A stretch of DNA of 64,000 bases from Gemmatimonadota bacterium (GTDB taxonomy: Bacteria > JBHIER01 > G020348925), in NCBI GenBank assembly GCA_020348925.1, contig CP070758.1:1258469-1322468 (forward strand), written 5' to 3'. Made by a program: the position numbers and the translations under genes. Position 1 is the first letter of the stretch. Each line of letters starts with the position of its first letter. The notes below the pieces were generated by a model that made no database searches, was not told where the DNA came from, and saw nothing but the letters and a program-made list of their open reading frames with translations. Shown piece after piece: positions 57,933 through 64,000 of the stretch.

Positions 57933-59168
57933 TTACCAGGATACGCTGGCTCCATGGATTTTCTTTTCCACAGCCTGGACAATTAAGTCGAAGTATCGAG
58001 AGGCCAGGTCTGCCTGCTGCTGTTTTATAATGTTGAGATTTTGCTGAATGGATTCTCTATTACGATAGAGCTGTTCCCACTTGTGTTTTAGAAGTTCAAA
58101 GGACAACTCTTCAATTTGTATTACGTATTCCTCCAGGCCAACTTCTTTCATGAACTTGTAAGCTTTTTCTTCGTAAGATATCGCAAGCACAGGCACGTTT
58201 TGTTGTGTGGCCAAGAGAACCGAATGAAAGCGGGTTCCAAGGAATAGATCACATTGAGCAATCTGTGACTTTAATTCGGAGAAATTCTGGCATCTATATA
58301 TCTCAATGCGGATGGAATGAGGCTCTAACTTCGAACTCAGCTTATCGTATGCCGGGAAATCGCTCTGATGTTCCTCTTCACAGAAGGGGAAAAAAATGAA
58401 TTTGCAGCCATAAGTTGAATTGATCCATTTGCACCAAGAAATCAATGAATCATAGTAATTCTTGATTATATTCTCTGGAAAATGTTTATAAGAAAAGTGG
58501 CGTGCGCTTAACCCAATTATGCTTGGAGCCATTGTTCTCTCATTCTCTGGGAAAGATGGCAGGATCGTCTCACAGAAGCTCAGATCAGCAAGCGATATAA
58601 CTTTAGGGCCATCTATCCCTAACTCACTGAGTTTCTCCGCTGATACCAAATCTCTTGCGGATATAAATACCGCTCTATTGCCGAATATTTTAAAAAAACA
58701 CCTCGAGACCCTCCATGTTACGTTACCTACTCCTACCCCAATATATGCATAAGGTGTTTTTAATAAATAAGCTATAACAGCCCTTGATAAATAAAAGAGT
58801 AATTTAAAGCGATTTGTATCATCTTTTATTGGATTACCAGGACCGATAAGCAACAAATCGCTCCTGTGTATCCACCGAAAGGTTTGAAAAATCCATAATA
58901 TTGACAACAAAGGTGGGCTTTCCGGTTCAAAAAGGCCCCATCTTCCTGAATAAACGGTTCTCACCGATTCAGGTTCTATGCCTTCTCGAACAAGAAGTCT
59001 CTCGGTATTCTTTCTGTTTGCAGTAAAAGCTACGATAGTACAGTCATGCAACCTTGCTCTTATGCCACGGACTAAGGCCATGAACAGAATATCATCACCT
59101 ATGTTATTCTCGCCATAGCAACCTGAAATAGAAATAATAACCTGTCTGTTTTCTTTTGACCGCCTCAT
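57933..59168 (-). CDS. Polysaccharide pyruvyl transferase family protein
   Basis: GCYGENNIGDD, GVGVG, ARDLVS, ADL, GTRFHS and ISYEEK. Confidence 0.9.
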   Translation of the reverse strand: MRRSKENRQVIISISGCYGENNIGDDILFMALVRGIRARLHDCTIVAFTANRKNTERLLVREGIEPESVRTVYSGRWGLFEPESPPLLSILWIFQTFRWIHRSDLLLIGPGNPIKDDTNRFKLLFYLSRAVIAYLLKTPYAYIGVGVGNVTWRVSRCFFKIFGNRAVFISARDLVSAEKLSELGIDGPKVISLADLSFCETILPSFPENERTMAPSIIGLSARHFSYKHFPENIIKNYYDSLISWCKWINSTYGCKFIFFPFCEEEHQSDFPAYDKLSSKLEPHSIRIEIYRCQNFSELKSQIAQCDLFLGTRFHSVLLATQQNVPVLAISYEEKAYKFMKEVGLEEYVIQIEELSFELLKHKWEQLYRNRESIQQNLNIIKQQQADLASRYFDLIVQAVEKKIHGASVSW

Positions 59169-59237
59169 ACAGATGTATACTCGCCCTTCCAATAACCGGA
59201 AGCGTTTACTTGAATACAATATATCTTTCCCATGCGA

Positions 59238-60311
59238 CTATCTATCCCGGTCCGTTATGATCCTATCAAGCTGTACCATAGTCTGAACCGTGGCCAATCC
59301 GTCCTCAGCAGGAATTGGGACTGGATTGCCGCTGCGTATTGCGCTGTAAAAGGTCTGGATGAGTGCACGATGTCCCGGCCGCCGTTTCAATTGCCCGGTC
59401 ACGATACGAACCGAGTTACTCAACGTCTGCCACATTCTTTGAAAGGACTGTTCGACCGTCGATCCCATGCGTGCTGCTACCAACGGAAGGTTGCCGCGGA
59501 TTCGTTCAATACTAAATGTAAGATCCATCATATTTATATGGGCCGCTGCCCGAGTCCCATAAAGATCGATGTTGAAATGCCCGTAAGGCATGCAGTCTAT
59601 CAGAAGAATCCTCCCGATAGCATTACGAAAGCGGAGTTGTACGGCGAAACTTTTGCGCTGATATTCCTCTCCTGGAGTTGAACGAGCTGTCTCTTCCATG
59701 AGCTGTAATTCTCTACATGGTCCCAAAAAAGATTGGAGCAAATAAATTGTGTGAGGCATGAATTCACCGGCAATCCCGCTCTTCAGTGTATGGACCCAGT
59801 GATCCGGACGATCTAAATGTTCCTGAGCCATCTTCTCCATATCCAGAAAATACTGCCCCTCACCATATATCAATTCACCCAACTTCCCATTCTGCACCGC
59901 CCGCCGCATCTTTTGGATAGGCGGATCAAACATATGGTTGTGCATCATACAGAGCTCACTTCCAGAGCAATCTCTGGCTTCAAGAATCCGCTTGGCCTCC
60001 TCAACGGTTGTTGCCATCGGTTTTTCGAGCAAAACGTGACACCCGGACTTTAATGCGCTTATACTGAAGTCGGCATGGGTATGGGGCGGAGTGCAAACAT
60101 GAATGACATTCGGCTTTGCATCGCTGAGAAGCCTTTCAAAATCATCCCCTATTGTGCCTTCCTTTCCCCATAGTTTCATGGCTCTGTGAGCCGAGATTTC
60201 GTTCTTATCACAAAACCAGAGAATCTGAACATTCGGCACAGATTTCAGGGCGTGTATATGAAGGACACTGGCAACACCACATCCGACAAACCCGATACGA
60301 ATCTTATCCAT
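59238..60311 (-). CDS. Gfo/Idh/MocA family oxidoreductase
   Basis: IGFVGCG, CTPPHTH and HVLLEKPMA. Confidence 0.92.
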   Translation of the reverse strand: MDKIRIGFVGCGVASVLHIHALKSVPNVQILWFCDKNEISAHRAMKLWGKEGTIGDDFERLLSDAKPNVIHVCTPPHTHADFSISALKSGCHVLLEKPMATTVEEAKRILEARDCSGSELCMMHNHMFDPPIQKMRRAVQNGKLGELIYGEGQYFLDMEKMAQEHLDRPDHWVHTLKSGIAGEFMPHTIYLLQSFLGPCRELQLMEETARSTPGEEYQRKSFAVQLRFRNAIGRILLIDCMPYGHFNIDLYGTRAAAHINMMDLTFSIERIRGNLPLVAARMGSTVEQSFQRMWQTLSNSVRIVTGQLKRRPGHRALIQTFYSAIRSGNPVPIPAEDGLATVQTMVQLDRIITDRDR

Positions 60312-61422
60312 TCCGTAATCTCACGTTCGAAAGGTTAAAACCTTTGACTAATACCTTGTTGGTTGCAGGATCGTGATAGCACCTTAAGCAACGGACATTT
60401 ATACACTTCTCCTTGATTATCTTTTTTTTATCCCTATTTATCGCGCCCACGGGGCACACCAAGGAGAGGTGGTGGAGCTCTTCAGGGGTAACTGAGCCTA
60501 AAGCCGGATGAAGCCCAAAATGCCAATGCGCTGCCGGGATGACAGACTTTCCGCCAAGGGTGTTGTGTTTCATGTCATCTAAATAGTACAGCGTCCTATA
60601 AAGCATTCTATGGAGGCCTTTCCTCAAAAAATGTTTATCTGAAGAGTGCGGCAATTGGTCCGGCACAGGTCCCTCGACATCGTATGCGTCAGTTCCTCTG
60701 AGATATTTGACACTTTCAGGGTCTATCCCGATGAGTTTTGAGCCGAAGTGATCCAGCGCAAAAGCATTCAGGCCGGCCAGGCAGACTCCTAACGCCCTCG
60801 ATTCTCCAAAGACGGAGCGGTTCAAGGGATTCCTGGCATCCAAGAGATGAAGAACGCCCTTAAATTTTCGACCGAGAGCAGTTATTCCATCTTCTAACCG
60901 ATGGCAATGAAGATATCTCCTGCTCGGTTTTGATAAAAATCCAATTAGATTCTTAACCGCCCCGCTTATTTCTGTCAGTGTGTGTTCCTTCAGAACCGCA
61001 AGATTTATGATTAATCTTGCCTCAAATGCTGCCGTAGTGATCTCGACCCAACCTAACCCATTATCGAGTTGAATTTTCTTGTATTGTGCGTCCTCAAAAT
61101 TGATGAGTTCTACGTTCCTGTCCCTCGCAAATTGTTTGACTCCAAGTATCTGGAATGTGATATCGGTGTCAAACTCAAAGCCACTTGATTCACCGATGAC
61201 AGGCGTGGCTCCAACCTGGCGTATTTTTTTTATCAGGACGTCAATAAACTTAAGATCTGTCGTGGCTTTTCGGAAAGGAGCAACGAGATTGGGCTTTATT
61301 AAAACTCTATCCCCGGAAGAGACCCTCTGAGATAATCCGCCCATCTTGTTGAGAAGATATTCAACAATTTGAGATGGATCATCGTCCGATTGTGTTTTAT
61401 ACGAGTATACAATACTATTCAT
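60304..61422 (-). CDS. DUF362 domain protein with a degenerate C-terminal ferredoxin-like motif
   Basis: GDRVLIKPNLV, IGESS, LKEH..T.ISGAVKNLIG, and C-terminal VCPVGAI..KC...CLRC. Confidence 0.82.
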   Translation of the reverse strand: MNSIVYSYKTQSDDDPSQIVEYLLNKMGGLSQRVSSGDRVLIKPNLVAPFRKATTDLKFIDVLIKKIRQVGATPVIGESSGFEFDTDITFQILGVKQFARDRNVELINFEDAQYKKIQLDNGLGWVEITTAAFEARLIINLAVLKEHTLTEISGAVKNLIGFLSKPSRRYLHCHRLEDGITALGRKFKGVLHLLDARNPLNRSVFGESRALGVCLAGLNAFALDHFGSKLIGIDPESVKYLRGTDAYDVEGPVPDQLPHSSDKHFLRKGLHRMLYRTLYYLDDMKHNTLGGKSVIPAAHWHFGLHPALGSVTPEELHHLSLVCPVGAINRDKKKIIKEKCINVRCLRCYHDPATNKVLVKGFNLSNVRLRNG

Positions 61423-61482
61423 ACAAGGTGTCCCAGAGTCTCAAACCTCTCTATCGTCTCGTGTTCAATCTTTCCATATATA

Positions 61483-62478
61483 TCAAGTTAATAAATCATT
61501 TGTCTGAAACCATGCAACGGTTTCCTGTATACCCCGCCTCAGATCTTCATTTGGATGATAAGATAGTTCGGTTTGTGCTTTATGGATATCAAATACTCGT
61601 CCTGTCACGGTTGAAATAATATTTTTTCGCGAGACGATGGGATCTCTTCTATATATTGTTGATACTCCCTCCAACAAAAAAGCTCCCATATATCCTATCC
61701 AGAGGGGGACGTAGAAATAAGGTCGTTTTATCTTGAGTGCTTGAGCAATGAATTTATGTATATCCACTAAGGGGGGAGAGGTTTCTGATGCAATCAGATA
61801 AATTTCTCCCGGTTTTCCCTTAAAAAGAGCACGAACGGCAGCTTGCACCACATCATTGACGTGAACTATGGGTGTCAGATTCTCTCCCAAACCGACCCTC
61901 GGAAAAATTCCTTTTTTGATCAACCTGCAAAAATTTAAGAACTGTCCTTTTCCGCCCGGTCCGTATACCATGCAGGGGCGCAGAACAATAACTTCCATTC
62001 CAAACTTGCCGCCCGCTTCAAAGGCTGCCAGTTCACTTTCATATTTACTTTTCTGATAAGGTGTCTTGGGTTGGCATGGCGCTGTTTCATCAATCTTGGG
62101 GAGCTTAATCAATCCCATGGCCGCTGTGCTGCTGAAATGAATAAACCGCTTGACACCATTTTGTCCACAGGTTTCAGCAATATTTTTTGTCCCTTGAACG
62201 TTAAGGCTGAAAAAAGCCTTGTAACTCTCTTTGGAGACCGATGTCACATGGCCTGCAGCTGCCAGATGATACGCTACATCGATACCCTTTGCCATACGCA
62301 TGAGAGTTCCAGGTTTGGTGACATCTCCTTGAAATAGTCGAACGTTAGAATTGTTGAAGAGTTCATCTTTATTAACAAGACTTCGTACCAGACAGCGGCA
62401 GTGATGCCCTTCTTGTATGAGTTGTTTCAGGAGGTGTCTGCCAATGAATCCTGTTGCCCCGGTAATCAAAATGTTCAT
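61483..62478 (-). CDS. NAD-dependent epimerase/dehydratase
   Basis: ITGATGFIG, HLAA, YQKSK (YxxxK), RP..VYGPG and VHVNDV. Confidence 0.93.
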   Translation of the reverse strand: MNILITGATGFIGRHLLKQLIQEGHHCRCLVRSLVNKDELFNNSNVRLFQGDVTKPGTLMRMAKGIDVAYHLAAAGHVTSVSKESYKAFFSLNVQGTKNIAETCGQNGVKRFIHFSSTAAMGLIKLPKIDETAPCQPKTPYQKSKYESELAAFEAGGKFGMEVIVLRPCMVYGPGGKGQFLNFCRLIKKGIFPRVGLGENLTPIVHVNDVVQAAVRALFKGKPGEIYLIASETSPPLVDIHKFIAQALKIKRPYFYVPLWIGYMGAFLLEGVSTIYRRDPIVSRKNIISTVTGRVFDIHKAQTELSYHPNEDLRRGIQETVAWFQTNDLLT

Positions 62479-62528
62479 CTTGCGTTGGTTCAAAGATTGA
62501 TGGAATGCAATATGATTTCATGTGGATT

Positions 62529-63653
62529 TTAGGAAAAAGCCAATTCTTCAATGGCACCAACCAGAAAATCCCATGAGAATCTGAAATTTTCTTTTTTGAC
62601 ATTTTCCCGAAACGCTTCGTCCTTTTTACTCTGAAAGAATTTGACAATAACATTGGCTATTTCTGCGGCAGATCCGGGAGAGACCAGATAACCAGTTTTG
62701 CCGTCCTCAATAACCTCGGGCAAGCATCCGACATTCGTAGCGACTACAGGTTTATTGAAAGCAAAGGCAATTTGAACAATCCCACTCCCCGTGCCTGAGA
62801 CATAGGGCAGAACAACAATGTCACTCGCTGCAAAATAGATCCCAACATCTTCATTCGGTACATATTCGTCAACAATCTTTATTTTGTCAATTATTCCTAA
62901 CCTTTTAATAATTCTTATGTAATGTTCTTTGTTCTCCCAAAACTCCCCAACCACCAGCAAAGTGACATCCAATCTCTCCAAGATGAGCGGCAGAGCTTCG
63001 ATGAGATACCTCAGTCCCTTGTACGGCCGCACAAAACCGAAGAACAACAATATGTTTCCGTCCACATTTAATCGCCGTTGTGCATATTCTTTGCTTATAT
63101 TTCTGAAGTGAAACACATCGTACGTCGGATGAAATGTCTTCTTAACATTTGCATTCGGCAGGGCACTTTTCAGATTCTTCAAATCTTCATTAGAGTGGAC
63201 AATAAAATAGTCACCTCTGTTTAAAACCAATTTTGTAAACAACCCATCCATTACTCTCGACTCATGAGCGATAACATTGTGACAGATGAAAAGAACTTTT
63301 GCTTTGGTATAACGACGAACAAGTGATGCTATTGTGCCAAATTGAAGCGTCCAAAAGGATACCCACCAGGGGAAAATCACCAGATCCGGATTGACCTTTT
63401 TTATCCGCCGAAATACATTCCACCAAGAGAGAGGATTCAAAGAGTCCAATATCTTTTCAATTCCCTCCTCGTTGATAACCGTCACGCTTTTGTCCACATC
63501 CGTTCTTCCGGGAAACATCCATCTCGGATATTGTCTTTTGAACGCGTAGAATGTCACGTCGTGTTTTTTTCGAAGATTTCTGTAAAGGAGAGTTGTGTGG
63601 TGGGCAATCCCTCCTCGAAAAGGGTAGGAAGGACCGATGAGACAGATTTTCAC
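62529..63653 (-). CDS. Glycosyltransferase family 4
   Basis: PFRGGIAH, FFGFVRPYKGL, LPY....SG and PVVATNVG.LPEV. Confidence 0.93.
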   Translation of the reverse strand: MKICLIGPSYPFRGGIAHHTTLLYRNLRKKHDVTFYAFKRQYPRWMFPGRTDVDKSVTVINEEGIEKILDSLNPLSWWNVFRRIKKVNPDLVIFPWWVSFWTLQFGTIASLVRRYTKAKVLFICHNVIAHESRVMDGLFTKLVLNRGDYFIVHSNEDLKNLKSALPNANVKKTFHPTYDVFHFRNISKEYAQRRLNVDGNILLFFGFVRPYKGLRYLIEALPLILERLDVTLLVVGEFWENKEHYIRIIKRLGIIDKIKIVDEYVPNEDVGIYFAASDIVVLPYVSGTGSGIVQIAFAFNKPVVATNVGCLPEVIEDGKTGYLVSPGSAAEIANVIVKFFQSKKDEAFRENVKKENFRFSWDFLVGAIEELAFS

Positions 63654-64000
63654 GCGAGCGGTTCCTTCTTGTCCGAAGACAGCTCCAATTTTCTCATTCT
63701 GTACGATAAATCTTCAATCAGTCTTCGGTTCGTAGAGATGAGATCAGCCAATAAACCGATCAAACCCAACAGAAAACCTATGATTGTGAGTATTGCCGCA
63801 AAAACGACTGACTGTATGTGGCCCTCTCCATTTCCAGTAAGATAAAAATAGAGGAACCGAACACCGAGGGCAATGCCGGCTGCCAGCATCAAGCCTCCCA
63901 TACCAAAGAAAATTCTGAGAGGCTCATACGTGGCGTAGGTCCGGATTATTGTGCTGGCCGATTTTTTGAGGAAAACAAAAGTGCTGGAATACAGACGTGG
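63650..64000 (-). CDS. Glycosyltransferase family 2 (DPM-synthase-like), C-terminal part; gene extends beyond the window
   Basis: ..YEPLRIFF, two TM helices, GHIQS and GLLADLI..NRRLIED. Confidence 0.75.
   Translation of the reverse strand, partial: PRLYSSTFVFLKKSASTIIRTYATYEPLRIFFGMGGLMLAAGIALGVRFLYFYLTGNGEGHIQSVVFAAILTIIGFLLGLIGLLADLISTNRRLIEDLSYRMRKLELSSDKKEPLA

Noticed and set aside
465-63845. Numerous short overlapping or antisense ORFs in the track (e.g. 465-1175, 3992-4846, 9749-10591, 23841-24485)
   Set aside because: They are shadows of well-supported genes and show no recognisable motifs.

Overview
Bacterial scaffold with three 100-N gaps (35697-35796, 40346-40445, 49187-49286), probably from a metagenome assembly. 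Many 'QNYPNPFNP' C-terminal sorting domains and dockerins suggest an FCB-related lineage such as KSB1, Zixibacteria or Latescibacteria (inference only). 1-12 kb: amidohydrolase, Ntn-hydrolase, Tat-DUF362, TPR protein, a nikR/ECF-S/methyltransferase operon with a clear NikR-type operator, a radical SAM, a PD-(D/E)XK-like protein, a conserved secreted protein and an MBL hydrolase. 12-35 kb: an accessory region with three degenerate integrase att-like sites (tRNA 3' fragment plus TTGTGACC repeats). It holds a Csp/DEAD-box/RRM/B12-rSAM module and an array of secreted proteins: six intact dockerins, one cohesin-like protein with a sorting domain, FG-GAP, FISUMP, BNR and LVIVD repeats. Most array genes are followed by a conserved, nearly ungapped ~85-bp element. 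A structured 5'-leader with apparently compensatory base changes occurs twice (18.9 and 47.5 kb). 35.6-40.2 kb: tandem secreted tail-fibre-like proteins with peptidase-G2-like chaperone domains. 40.4-47.2 kb: TPR, PhzF, GNAT, opine dehydrogenase and a B12-binding putative mutase. 49.3-64 kb: a minus-strand glycosylation cluster with three radical SAM enzymes. All family assignments come from motif recognition by eye; no database searches were run.
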